A stretch of 64,000 nucleotides of DNA, taken from the NCBI GenBank assembly GCA_951406725.2, contig OX597820.1:91388001-91452000 (forward strand), given 5' to 3'. The position numbers and the translations under genes are program-made. The stretch comes from Octopus vulgaris. Its lineage: Eukaryota. This document shows, in pieces, positions 41,141 through 55,052 of this stretch. A model generated the notes under the pieces. It ran no database searches, was not told where the DNA came from, and was given only the letters and a program-made list of their open reading frames with translations. Each line of letters opens with the position of its first letter. Within the stretch, counting starts at the first letter, position 1.

Positions 41141-41953
41141 TAAGATAAACAAAGTTCTTCTTTAATCTAGAATATATTCCCTTCGCTTTTCCATCTATCT
41201 GGTACACTTGCAAGGCCGCTCTTCCTAAATTCACTTGTCCGTGAAGAAATATGCTCCTCCAGGATTTTCTGACCTCGTCATCAAAATTCATATTATTTCC
41301 GTCCACATGACTTTGAAGACTGTAGAGTAAATGATAATCAGGTGGGTCAATGTCCAGCAAACATGGTGGAAGGGGCATCGTTTCCCATTCAAACTGTTCC
41401 AGACTTTGGAAAGTCATCCTCGCTGTATGTGTCCGAGCATAATCCTGAAGGAAGAACATCTTTCGGCTTGAAATCAAAGATGGTCAATCTCCGATGGCAC
41501 GGAAGTGTCTATGAATGACCAAATCCAAGCTTCTCTGCTAGTTCTTCAACAGTTACGATAGGATTTTGTTCCACCTGGTTTTGCAGAGCGTCCTAGCCGA
41601 CTTCAATAGATCTTCCAGCACGAGGCTCATCTTCTTGGCTAGTTTCTACCTCGTAATTTCTGGAACCGCCTTTGACACAGGCTTACGCTTATTGTCCGAT
41701 CCCCAAATACTACATTAATATTCCTCGCATAAAGCAATATATGCCGAATATGTTCCTTTGTCACTTCCATTATAGCTTTGAAAATATAACTGCTAAAGTC
41801 GAACTGCACTCTTCAAACTTGCACTAAGAATAAGCACAAGGTAAACTTACTATCTGCTGGTATAGCAAGTCGACGCATATAGTTTATCCGATCCATCTTC
41901 GGCTTTTAGTTCATGCAATTGAAAAACCGTCTGATTTATGGGATGACTCAATA
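41141..41953 (-). mobile_element. Internally deleted mariner relic
   Basis: FFLQDYARTHTA...MPLPPCLLDIDPPDYHL (QDNARPH and HPPYSPDIAPSDYHL-like). TIR-like end tttatgggatgactcaaTA at 41935-41953. Confidence 0.85.
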
Positions 41954-43459
41954 TGACTTATTGCGATGTAATAAATTTTTAGCTTGTATTTAGGTCGTAA
42001 CATGGTGCAATATATGAGACTGCGTCTCTTATATACTTTCTTGTATATTATAAAAGAAGTACTAACTTATTATCTCAATGAAATAAAATAGTACTTGCCT
42101 TCTCCTGAATAATGCACCTGACTTATCATACTAATTTGTATACAGGAAATATTTAGTTTCTTTCGTTTTGTTTCTTTTTATGTATATGGACTTATGCACC
42201 TATTATTAAAATTTAATACTGAAAACAACAAAAGAAAAAGAAGCAAAAACGAAAAAGGCCTTTTTGGCATGTGCCTATTCATACTGAAAACGTTGGGACA
42301 GATATTTAAGTACATGAAAGCTATGATAATAATGTTTCCTGAAACAATACGTTTGTAGTTACAATATAATTTGGTTGGACAAATAGGTTTCAGGTTCAGG
42401 AAATATCGCACTTTTTATTTAACATACCAAATATTACGATAATAAACTTCATTTCATGACGATCCTCTTTCCTTGAAGCATTGGATAGAAAGCTAGGATC
42501 TCAAACCCATAATTGAATCCATTTTGCGCTCAGAAATTATCAATAAAATATCTATTTACTTGTAATATAATCGCTTCTATTACATTGATTATATTTTAAA
42601 TCTGTCCCTATAATGCTAGGAAATACATAACATACATTCAGTCTCTAAATTATATGCATTAAATATTATATATTGCACACGTGGCAAACTTCCACTAAAT
42701 CTCCCTTCACGAGTTTTACGACTCCTTCAGAAATACTTCTCGTTAATTCAAATCACCGAGGCCTCTGAATGTGACTCTGCCTCTAACAGAGTACACGGGA
42801 ACTAGTTTTCATCATTGCCAATGTATTAAATTTTCTTTCTCGCTATCTCTTAAACCCATCTCATCTCAAGCAGTGCGAAGTCTGCCACCAATCAGGCTAT
42901 CGATCTATTGGTGTACTGTTATATCAAACATCTTGGACTTCGTAGTTGATAATCGGTATCTTCATTATCTTCAATGTATCTCCTTTCTCAGCGATCGTCT
43001 GCACACTTTCCTAATAACCAGATCTACTGAAGAGCTTATAATATTCATCAGTGATCCCTCATTTCAAGAAGTCAAGGTAACAATATAGTTTTTTTTACAT
43101 TAGCAATGAATTTCTTTGTGACTTCACTTATAAGTTTCAATTAATTTGTTTACTTAAGGACATCATCTATCTCTTATTTCTAAAGATGTTCGTAAAATCA
43201 CATCATCGAAGCATATGCAGATGCTGTTCTTTCTGATTTCTATTTTTTCAGTTCTGAAGTCGTTTAAAGCCTAGTTAAGTCGTTCATATTCTTGTATTTG
43301 TATATTTCTTGATGGCATTCCTTAATTTAACGTATACAACCATAATCTTTAATCTGTAATCTAGCCTATATCACGGTCATGGACAGATAACTAAAACACC
43401 AATTTTTACATGACAAAATTGGATTTCAACTGCTCAATAATACCCGCACTGCAGATATA

Positions 43460-43683
43460 TATTTCTTTACTACCCACAAGGGGCTAAACACAGAGAGGAC
43501 AAACAAGGACAGACAAAGGGATTAAGTCGATTACATCGACCCCAGTGCGCAACTGGTACTTAATTTATCGACCCCGAAAGAATGAAAGGCAAAGTCGACC
43601 TCGGCGGAATTTGAGCTCAGAACGTAACGGCAGACGAAATACGGCCACGCATTTTGCCCGGCGTGCTAACGTTTCTGCCAGCT
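43460..43683 (-). mobile_element. SINE family A with 15-bp TSD
   Basis: Reverse complement of 21225-21454. TSD cgcactgcagatata at 43445-43459 and 43684-43698. Confidence 0.93.
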
Positions 43684-44542
43684 CGCACTGCAGATATAAA
43701 TGAATCAATCAGTGTGTAGTTATGTCTAAATGCAATTAAAACACCCCAAGGCTCTGCAAATAAAAGATACTAATATGAATGATGATCTCCACTGACAATC
43801 TCACATTTATGAAATAGCGAAAACTACTTGTGAAGTATGTGCTTCAATTCAAAACCAGAACGAGTGTTGACTCAACAAAATGCAGATGATATCCACTAGT
43901 ATATCTAAGGTCTATATCTAAAACAGAAGTGTTTTTCGGTTGGCTTAGTTTCCAGGTTTCATTAGGTAAAATCACGGACTTCTAGTTGGTTTTATGCTTA
44001 AAAGATCGTCTGTGATGATAAGATCTTTGTTTTAATTTACATTTAGCCATCCAGAGGACAAGTACTTGGTGAACTCGCAATCACACGTCAATAGCTAACC
44101 TATAATTGCATGGGTTCGTCACTTCCTGCAACTTCTACTCTGCTCACAACTGGGTTCACTCGACTCAACAGCCACGACATATCACGTCACTTATATTGCA
44201 TTACTTCTCTGGAGATTGTAACTATCTCTGTTCTTCCGAATAATATTTTGTCTTGGAAATTTCCATCTTCGCTATCGATTTTTGCTGCGTTCGTATGTAT
44301 ACAGCTGGTGTAGCTGAAGATCAACGGCACAATCCTGCCTAGTCTCGCAGGGCCTGCGAATGTTAAGAATATTGTCACTAATTCTTTGCTAAAAGTCTTC
44401 ACCTTTCTTCTCTTTGTTGAGTGTCATTACGTTTAGAAATCCAAATAGCAGTAAAGAGTCAAAACAAATTTATGCATACAAATTTATCACACGATATTGC
44501 ACAGTAGGGATATGTATAGCCAGGAAGTATTTGCAGAGTATG

Positions 44543-44547
<5 letters not shown>

Positions 44548-44596
<49 letters not shown>

Positions 44597-44629
44597 GTGT
44601 GTGTGCGTGTAGGTATGTATGTATGAATC

Positions 44630-44685
<56 letters not shown>

Positions 44686-44686
44686 T

Positions 44687-44737
<51 letters not shown>
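44548..44737. repeat. (TA)/(TG)/(CA) compound microsatellite
   Basis: Direct reading of the sequence. Confidence 0.95.
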
Positions 44738-44738
<1 letters not shown>

Positions 44739-47648
44739 GTGTAGGTGTGTTTCAGTTTATGTGCGAGTATGCTTGAAATTACTTGCAGTTTTACACATAT
44801 CAACAATATCCCATGAGCCTTCCCAATTAAAACGTCTGTTACAATATCCTCCATTAAACATATCATGAACAGTTTCCCCCCCCCCCCCCCAGAGGTGTTG
44901 TAGGTCTACTGATGTTACAGTAGCGGTAGCATTTGCAGTAGATGTGCTACCAGTGGTGGCTGCTGCTGCAGTTATTGTTGCTGTCATTGTTGCCGTTGTT
45001 GTTGATGATGTTAGCATTAAAAGTGCAAAATTACTCACAAAATTATGAATTCTGACGATATCTATTTAACAAGAAATTAATTAATATAAGCTCCAATGAT
45101 TAAGCAAATATAAAAACCGACACATAAATGTCATTGTATAGAAAGCATATTACTCTGTAATTACGTACGCAATAACTCAAATATTTCTATGACACATTTT
45201 AATCAATGAACAATTAGCTTCTAGATACACTATTCCACAGTTTTGTTTTCAGCACTTCGAATTAAATGGAGGGTGGTTAATCTTGTGATTATTTCAAGCA
45301 ACAGCTAACAGCCTTGTATACCTAAAGAATCACAAAATAGTAAATAGAAATTTCGAAGTAAAGATATAGAATATTTGGTATATTGACGACAACTGAACAG
45401 TAGAACATTCTTTCATGCCTACGTTTTGTGTCTGATTGCCTAACAAGCAACTACAAAGGAAAACAGGTCTGTGTAAAGATTTATTTATAGTTCATCATTC
45501 ACTCGTCAAAAATTTAGTTGTTGATAGCTTTTTGTTAGTTTGTTTTTCAAATGTGATAATGGAAATTGAAGGAGAAACTTCATTTGTTTTCTTTCACTAA
45601 CGTAAGATGTGCACACGTCCTACTGACAACTGCAAACAGTTGCATTGGAAGGGAATAACAATGTATTGTCGGCGAATTTTAATGAAGCGAGAGAAAGCTA
45701 GCTATAGAGGTCTAATTGGTGATGGAATTGCGTTTGCACAAAGTAACGAGGTGATATACAATGAATAGTAGTACAATCATGTGTAAAAATAATAACATTG
45801 TTTTTAATACTTTAGCTATATTTTTGTTTTCGTTCTTTTTCTATTGTCTCTTAACAAGTGTAGTTCTAAGATTATGATCACGAGACAGTAAAATTACTTT
45901 GCTACATGTTGAAAGGTAATATATTCAACATATCTATCGTTTGATTATGACACTGTTTAAACTACACTGTAGGTTATAAAATAAATAGAAAAAGACTAGC
46001 TATAGTAGTATTCGCTTTTTGATTTAGTAAGGTAGTAATATGAAAAATATTTGACACATGCGAAATAAGGGCATTTAGGTTCACTTTCTATTTTGATATG
46101 TCTATTGATGTTTATCGATGATACTCAATTATGATGTTGCAAAAAGCGTCCTTTATTTCGCTGAACAATGTAAGTTATCTGGTTTACTTCATACCATGGA
46201 AAATAATTACGCGTGTATTTATTTGCGAAAGATATCCATAAAAAAATAGTTTCATTTTGAAAGCTCGATTTGACGTCTTCGCGTAACTCTAAAGCAAGTC
46301 CTGTACATGCGCATGTATTATAGATATACACATACTGATACAAGCACACATACACGCTCAACACACATGCATGTATGCATATATATGAGTATAATGTATG
46401 TCAATGCATGTGTTGCATTTAACCACAATGCTACACAAAGCTGATGTGTGCTGCTTTTATTCTAAGAAAAGGTTGAAAATTCGATATTCTATGGGTATTT
46501 GTGTCTAATTGTCACTTTAATTACCAACAAGCCACATCAAGACACGCCCATATTTGTACATCCAATCAGGTACATATCAGTAGAATACTTTCTGAGTGCT
46601 AATTGTGGGTGTGATGTAATATGAGAATTTTCTTTGAATATGCTAAAAAAGGTATATTAAGCATTGTTATATTTATTTTGTATCTAATGTATTTTAATAG
46701 ATGACTATCTAAGCTATGTGTAAGTATCTATTTGTGTATTTAACATATTAATTATTTATTCGATAGTTTGTATGCAATAGTCAAATGGTAGTAAAGTGAC
46801 ATTTCTGGGGAAAAGTGATTTTTATTTTGAAAAGAAATCTCAAACATTCCAGTTTATTAGGTAAATTTATAAGCTTCAGCAAATTCTGTTTTGAAAATGA
46901 AATTTTATTCTCTGTTGATAATAAATCATTCGATCGTCATAGAGCACCAACTTAAACCGTACGAGAAGGGAATGGAATAAATTTGCTGATATTAACTTTT
47001 GCAAAACTTCGAAAGTATATATAGAAGTGTCAGCTTCACTAGAAAACTATTTTATCAAAGATAAGTGAAAGGAAATGAGAAAAGATATATATATTCTGAA
47101 ATGAAATAAATAGTAGACTTAGAAAGAATTCAAGTAAAAGGATCTATTGAGTAAATAAAAATAAAGAAAGTGGTAAAATAAGAGGAAATTACTCAAATTG
47201 GAAATCTAAACCTGACGGAAATTAAGCAATTATTACTTCCAAATCCTATTCCATGTAGTCATATAATGAGATATGGACTGATATTAAGTATGAGAAAAAT
47301 AAGAGTAAAGTAGGAACGTGACAAACTTAATGCTAGAAGAAACCCTTTACTTTATGAGATTATGAAATAGATTTCGATTATGTACATGAAATTGAAAATC
47401 AAAAAATCAAATATTCTACGAAACCAACGTAAAACAATAGCAAGATGATATTCCTCGAAACGACTAGGAGCACTAGTCTTTGTGAAAACAAACCGAATAT
47501 GTGTCCGTCAAACAATAAAGCTCTGATAGTGTCTACAGAAAATATCTATAAATCCTTCTCTTTATTCCTCTCTCTCTCTCTCTCTGTATTATATATGTGT
47601 GTGTATACACATACACACACATATATAAGCATGTGTCTATATATACAT

Positions 47649-47679
<31 letters not shown>

Positions 47680-47693
47680 AATATAAATATACC

Positions 47694-47741
<48 letters not shown>

Positions 47742-48037
47742 AGTACTTTCTCAAAATTTCGTTCACACTACAAGACCCTTTGAAAGAACAGCACATGGAA
47801 TTAATTTCTTCACACTATCCATCTGCAATAACAAAATATGATCTCATATTGGAATTTACATGCCATGGACAAGAAGTCTTCCTATCCATTCTACACACCA
47901 CTTTCCTTGGATAATAGAACTGTAACTGTAAAATCCAACATATATTTATTTATCGTCTTATTTCCCTTTTTCTCCAATTCCAAAATAGCTTCTTATATTG
48001 AACTCTACTATTTCACTCTGTTTAACTCTCTCATATT

Positions 48038-48085
48038 GTCTCTGATGAAGGGGTATCCCACATATCTCTGTAACACTTGTAAGAC
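48038..48085 (+). ncRNA. Type I hammerhead motif with one core mutation
   Basis: gtct-CTGATGA-aggggtat-cccac-atatctct-GTAA-cacttg-TA-agac: 4-bp stem I, 8-bp stem II, GAAA changed to GTAA. Confidence 0.6.
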
Positions 48086-48197
48086 TAACTTTCTCTTTAT
48101 AAATGTCACACTCACTTGGCTTTGCCGTCTCATTTTATTTCACACATACACTCACACACACACACCCACCCACGCGCACACATACACTCACACACAA

Positions 48198-48236
<39 letters not shown>

Positions 48237-48954
48237 CACGGGTGTATATGCTTGTGTATAAAAAATATATTGCTCAAGGAACTTCCAGCTTTAATTTTCA
48301 CGGTTTATTTACAATTTTATAATCATATGATATAATATAATGAAATGTGGAATATTAAATGTCCATTCTGATTGAACTAGTACTTTCATGCATTTAACTA
48401 TTCAATCTTCAGATTCATGTAGTAGTGGTAACAGTTTTGTTTTACAATTTACAGCTGTAGTGAGATGGCTAAACTGTATAACTTAAATACATTTGTATAG
48501 GCTCCAGAATGCCAATTTTTGCAAACTGTATTCTGACCAATCAGTGTGGGGCTTTACTAAATTACTCAAGTTGATTAGTGTTTGGTTTAGGCGTCATGGT
48601 TTGTTGAACATGTCAAGAGACTTGTATTTTGACCCTGGCCAAAGCAGTAATTATTTGGCTATTTTTAGGAATGTTGTGAACATTTCCCAGAGATTTTTAC
48701 ATTTCCATTATCATCATCACCATTATCATCTCCTTTATTATTGTTGTCGTTGCTGTTGTGCTAGGAGTAGCTGTGGTAATAGAGCTTTAAAATCAAAATA
48801 AGATTATTTTTACTGATTTTTCTCTTGACTTAGCTAGTATTTCCCTGCTATCATCATGAGCACCTTTAGTATTGTTATTGTTGTTAGTGGTAGTGCTAGT
48901 AGTATTAGTAGAAATAGTACCCCTAAGTAAAAAAAAACAACTTAGCAATTAAGA

Positions 48955-49348
48955 TCAATCATTCGCTGTATCTAAATTTAATGATAGCCGATGTGGCACA
49001 TACCAATTCATATATACCGGCCGATATATGAACGCAAAAAATCGGGAAAATATTCACAAACGCAAATATGAACTGCAAAAGCCGAAATTTAATTTACTGC
49101 ATCGAATGCACGAATTGTGGAGAACTATATGTGGGTCAGAAACAAATACACTATCAGAATGTTCAAGTGTGCACCGACAGCAAATTAGAGACCTAGATGC
49201 CCGTCAGGTACCTTTGAGTAACCATCTAGCAACACGTGGTCGGAAAATATTTAGATTTCCATTCTATAAACTACACTGTCGAAGTGAAATCGAGACAAAC
49301 ATCATAGAAAAACACTTTATTAATATATTCATACCCAAGCTAAATTAA
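48955..49348 (+). mobile_element. Penelope-like GIY-YIG endonuclease remnant
   Basis: SKFNDSRCGTYQFIYTG linker. From 49068 MNCKSRNLIYCIECTNCGELYVGQ (GIY-YIG motif), frameshift near 49140, then VHRQQI...LSNHL...IEKHFINIFIPKLN*. Confidence 0.88.
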
Positions 49349-49494
49349 CAATATATATAAATGGATGTGTGTATTTTCCCCTTGTTTACAATTAACACGG
49401 AAAAATAAATCAACAAAATAAATAAGGACGTAACGCACTGTTTGTAAAAGTAGAAACTCCGGGTTGATGTGAAATATTTTGTATAATATATACA

Positions 49495-49560
49495 AATAAA
49501 TAAATGGAGTTAAACGCAGGTGTTCTTCAAATTCTTTTACTTCCGTCATATGTTTCGTAG
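49495..49560 (-). mobile_element. Inverted partial copy of the hammerhead-bearing tail seen at 31535-31600
   Basis: - strand cgaaacatatgacggaagtaaaagaattt...cgtttaactccattt versus cgaaacatatgtcgaaaataaagaaattt...cgttcaactccattc. Confidence 0.55.
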
Positions 49561-50098
49561 ACAATATTGGTATTATTCTAAAATGAATAAAATGGTGTAG
49601 AACAATGTAGTCTTCTCATCAGAGAAAGAAAGTAACCAAAACTAACCAATAAGAAATTTTAACAGATTGTGATGAATGTGTATAATGATGAACAGAACGC
49701 TATCAAGTATCTTTAAAAATCCATTAGTAGATATAACGTCAAAGGTAACCTATAGAAAGAGAAGGAGTAAAAGATAGAAATAAGCCAAAAAACTAATAAA
49801 GATAAATATAGAGCGTTATGTGAATTAAAATAAAAGCTTAAAGGCATGGGAATAGATATATCTAGTGGAAGTGAAATATAAGACGAAAAGCAATGTTAAA
49901 ATTATATAGAATCGTAGATATAACTTATATGAACTAAAGGTACATTTCTGCCAATGTTTACATCGATAAGCACGCGCTATAAACGTGTTTACAAGGGGAT
50001 TCTTAGAAAATGGAATATAAACGAACTCAATATCACAGAGTTGGCAGACTTCTTTGCCTTTATCGTATGGGAATGAAATGGAGAACATCAACCAATCT

Positions 50099-50137
<39 letters not shown>

Positions 50138-50902
50138 TACATTTCTGTGTATGTGTGTGTGTGTGTGTGTATTCAAAAGTGTATATGATTAGAGGATAGT
50201 GTAATGTGTTTATAAATATATGGCCGCAGTCCAATGATTCGATAGTACCAAGTGAAATTGCCCTCAGATCTTTCTATAACAGTTAATGTAAGTGCATGGC
50301 CTCTTATTAATAAATCAGTTTACATGGCTCTATCGGTTTTGGCCAACAGCTCATCACCAAAACCAAAATATGACGTTATTTTCTCTTGCAGACTAAATTT
50401 AATATATTTTGATTTTTACTGGCTATTTTTGTTTTATCAATATGAGTAGTTTCTTACGAGAAAGTATGTAAATGTAAACTGTATAGCCGTATATTAAAAG
50501 ATTATGGTTAGCCAATAAAAGCTGACTGAAAAATATTGGATACTTTCTAAAAAGTACTTGTGAACTTATAAATGTTAGATCAAATGATTTCAGAGACCCT
50601 GACCTAGAATAATTTACATAACTCTGCAGAGATATGAAAATCATTATTATTTTTCTACATTTCCTCAGAAAACCACCTTGATATCTCACGAGTACTGTAA
50701 ACGTATTAACTTTAACCCTGCATGTTACTCAACTCTTTTAGAAAAATATTGCCACAGCTCTTAAAATTTGGACTATAGTTCGATATGCCCTTTCCTGGTA
50801 ATCATTTAATGCACGTAGAATTATAAAAAGGTAAAATCGATTTTTCAGAGATTTTTTTTTTACCTAAATCATACTTACACATCCACTTTAGTAAAGAAAC
50901 AA

Positions 50903-51229
50903 CGCGAGGGCGCGTGGCTTAGTGGTTAGGGCATTCGGCTCATGATCGTAAAGTTGTGAGTTCGATTCCCGGCGACGCGTTGTGTCCTTGAGCAAGACAC
51001 TTTATTTCTCGTTGCTCCAGTCCACTCAGCTGGCAAAAATGAGTTGTACTTGTATTTCAAAGGGTCAGCCTTGTCACTCTCTGTGTCACGCTGATTATCC
51101 CCGAGAACTACGTTAAGGGTATACGTGTCTGTGGAATGCTCAGCCATTTGCACGTTAATTTCACGAGCAAGCTGTTCCGTTGATCGTATCAGCTGGGACC
51201 CTCGTCGTCGTAACCGGCGGAGTCTTTTA
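50903..51229 (+). mobile_element. tRNA-derived CORE-type SINE (family C), full length, with 13-bp TSD
   Basis: A-box tggcttagtgg (50915), B-box gttcgattcc (50960), CORE-like ttgtgtccttgagcaagacacttt. TSD agtaaagaaacaa at 50890-50902 and 51230-51242. Confidence 0.92.
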
Positions 51230-52449
51230 AGTAAAGAAACAATAAACTCAGAAATATATACATTGTAGAAAGCATCCAATTGCCTGATCCCTTGCCAGAT
51301 CAGTTGACTTTCAGCAGTTTACTCTACAATTTGAGCACTACATTAAGTCAAAGATAACCCGTCTAAGATCTCCCTATACACATACGAGGCAGCTCTTGCT
51401 GTCCATATTTTGCATATTATTGAAATCTCAAATGATACAGTTAAATAATCTTGTGTCCCATCAATGTTCCTCAGAACTTTAAGTTCACAGAATTGCCATG
51501 CTTATGGTTAGTTTAAAAGAATATGCTAGAAAAAGGTTATTCTCGTTTATCACGGAAGAATCCTTACCCTTGATATTACGAAATATTCTTACCCTTAGTA
51601 TCGCAAAACTACTCTTATTCTTTCATTCTAGATTCTCTAAAAAGCTACTGAAAATATATTCTTAACTTAGTAAATTAAAATCTATTCTCCCTCACCCCCC
51701 AAAAAACGCGTTAAATAGCATTCTGTCTTTGATGTATAATTCTATTAATATGTCAATATATAATTTTACTGTAATACTAGTTTACAGGTTTCTCATAGAA
51801 ATACAAGTGAATATTATTGATATAAGTTATAAAGTGATATGTGAGTAGCAGTGGGTGAATCAGCATATTCAAGCTTCAAATATATTGTCTTAAAAAGCCG
51901 TTATTTGTCTAAAAATCACTTGCTGTTATGAATAAATTATTTTCACTTAATTAAAATTTTGACTGCATCGAAATGTTGGAACAATAATGAATTTAATGAT
52001 TTTTTCCCATCGAAATAAAGTAAAACAAGGATATACATAGACAATATGATTGTACTTATATACATTATGTGTGTGAGTGAGTCTGTTGTTCATCAATATT
52101 ATAGTTGCTTTTGGGAGAATACACTTCGTTGCAAATAATATCTATTTTATCCATCTAATAGAAGTGTTTATTTCCTGCAACCAAAACGTGCCTATCGATA
52201 TGTAATGCATACATGAGAAGATTTATTTGTATCTGGCAGCGTCTATGTATATATACTTGAAAGATTGTTCGTAAGAGAAGCCTTTTATGCACAGATTTTT
52301 GCATGTCACGTTACAAATATGTAAATTCATGTACATATATATGTGTGTGCCTGCGTGTGTCTGTGTGTGTGTCTGTGTATGTAGAGATATATGTAATTAT
52401 ATATATATCGGTGTTTGTGGGTGTATGTGTGTGTATGTGTGTATGTATC

Positions 52450-52507
<58 letters not shown>

Positions 52508-53812
52508 TATCTGTCTATACATGAATAGACAGATAGGTAGAGAGAGACTTAAATGTAAGAAATTATAAACATACAACGAACTACTCCGTTCTTATCCGAA
52601 AGCTGTTTGTTATGAGCAGAAGAAAAGTACAGAAATCAATACCGGAGTAGATATCTTGGATAAATGTGTTAATTTGCCAACTCTGATCCTACTGAGAGGC
52701 TAACTACACTTTATGGAAATGTCAAAAATAGTACACCAGGAAAAATGTCCAGTTGCCTTATCTCAGTAAAAATATTCCAATGAGTAGCAATATATGTATA
52801 TATATATATGTGTGCATATAGTTCGAATTCTATGAATTATTCATGCTATTTAAAAGGATTGAAAAAATGTAAGAAATCCATAATAATAATGAAAAAAGAG
52901 AAAACTTCCAACCTCGCATGAACATTTTTCACGTTTATGAATTTACGATACATTATCTATTCATATATTGATCTTTTTTTTAGGTGAAAGTTGGCGGTCA
53001 TATTTGACATATCGAGCTCCTTTCCTAGAAAGCTGAAACGTTGTGTATGCTGCACACGTGACCTGTCATTTCAAAACACTTTGCATATATGAATTGTGCC
53101 CTACGAAAAAATATTATTTTAAATATCTTTGCCAATAATGTTCAAATTCAGTCACATATTACCTACATACGTAAATATAAAAGCATTAATAATGTATGTC
53201 TAATTTTGTAAATAAAATTACGAATCTATGGTTACACGATCTCTTTTTACGACACAAAGAACTTTATCAGTCCATGATGAGACCACGTTGGAGAAAGGCT
53301 ATACTGGGAAATTTGTACTAAAATTCATTAGTCCTTAATATTTTCTGCCTTTATTTTCGGGAAATACATACATACATACAACATGTGTCGTATCTGTTAA
53401 GTAAGAATATTGTAATTATAAAGTTTTGTCTGGGTGCCGTTTTATCTAAAATGGTTTCTGCTACTTCAGATATGAATTATATTATTCTAGACTCTCAGGT
53501 TACTAATACTCTCAGGTTGATGAATTGTTAGAATTGTTAGAGAATGCTGAACAAACGACCTGCTCAAATTTACCTTACGTTCATTTGTTAAATAAACTAC
53601 CACCCCATTTATCAGGTCAATTTTTATTTCTTTTGTATTGTATTTTCTCTGCTGCCTCCTCATCCTCTCTTTCATCACGGAATTTTATTACAATTCAAAA
53701 GTTCAAGCTTTTCGTATTCTATCTCGCCGATTGGTCATGAGACTTGTTTTAAAAGTAGTCGTGCTTGTGAATTACACGTTCATTCACATAAAACATAATC
53801 CACTATGTTCTA

Positions 53813-55003
53813 TTGGGTTGGCAACTAAGTTCCCGCGTTTTTTTTTAAATTTTAATTTTTAAAAAGATCTTTAAAAAGATATCAACTAATTAAAAAATAA
53901 TGTATTCACCCTTGTCCCTCACGTTCAAAAAGATTTTCAATACCTTGTTGGTAGAAATCACCTGATTTCGACTCGAAAAATTGATCCAACCAAGCTCTCA
54001 ATTCTTCACCAGTATTGAACGAAACTCTGCGCATAGCATTTGAAAGCGATCGAAAGAGGTGGAAATCCCTTGGTGCCAAATCAGGAGACTATGGCTGGGA
54101 AGTGTGGCAGCACTTCCCAGCCATACGTTTGAATTGTTTCCTTAGTCATAATGGCGATATGAGGGCTGGCATTGTCGTGCAGCAGAAGAATTTCATGCTG
54201 ACGATTAAGTATTTTTTCGTGATAAGTCGTTCCATCTGTTGAACATAGAGTTCCGTGTTGACCGTTTGGTTCCGTTCAAGCAATTCGTAATGGATAATCC
54301 CTTCCCAGTCCCACCATACGCACAACATCGTTTTTCGCGGATGATCTTGTTTCACGCGCTGTGTCGCTTGTTTATATGGGTTAAACCATTCCTTACGCTG
54401 CTTCATATTGATGTACAAGCAATATTTTCCGTCGACAGTAACGATTCGGTAAAGAAATCGTTGCTTGTGTCCATGAGTTGAGCTGTGACGAGCAAGCAAA
54501 CCAGCGGAGATTGTGGCTCGTTGATTTTTGTTAAAGTATGCTGATCCCATGCCCCATACTTCTGAGCGTTGCCCATAGCAGTGTGGGCGCATTCCATTTT
54601 CTTTGTTAGTTCACTTGTCGTTTTGAGGAGAATTTTTATGCAAAAGTTGGTTTAATCGCTCTTCATCGAACTCAACTGGACAGCCAAAACGAGGTGCGTC
54701 TTAGAGATCAAAATTACCGTTTTTGAATTTGGCATACCAATCACTAGCGGTTCTTTCAGCTATGGCACCCTTTCTATGCACAGCATAAATTTCGCGAGCA
54801 GGTTTTTGCGGCCTTAGAACCTTGATTAAAAGCAAAAAGAATTCCATTTTAATGATCTGAAAATAAACAAAAATTAACTAAAATTAACTAGTAAGAAAAA
54901 CAAAATAGAAAATAGATTCGAAAATGATTAAAAAATAGAATTCTCGAAGAAAATAGATTCCAAAATTAAAAAAAAAACAGCGGAAACTTAGTTGCCAACC
55001 CAA
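53813..55003 (-). mobile_element. Near full-length mariner transposon (pseudogenised) with both TIRs and TA TSDs
   Basis: TIR ttgggttggcaactaagtt at 53813 and its complement ending at 55003, TA on both sides. RFLYRIVTVDGKYCLY, KTMLCVWWDWEGIIHYELL, HDNA and SPDLAP motifs, with frameshifts. Confidence 0.95.
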
Positions 55004-55052
55004 TAAATACAGGAGCAGAGTTACATTGTGACATTGCACATAGGTATATGTA

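Noticed and set aside
42700-44420. Possible RTE-type LINE remnants on the - strand (a similar CR1/L2-like hint lies at 34980-35390)
   Set aside because: Motifs are too degraded to support without a profile search.
50906-50975. Possible tRNA-Met gene (CAT in the loop)
   Set aside because: Imperfect cloverleaf that continues into a SINE body bounded by TSDs, so it is a SINE head.
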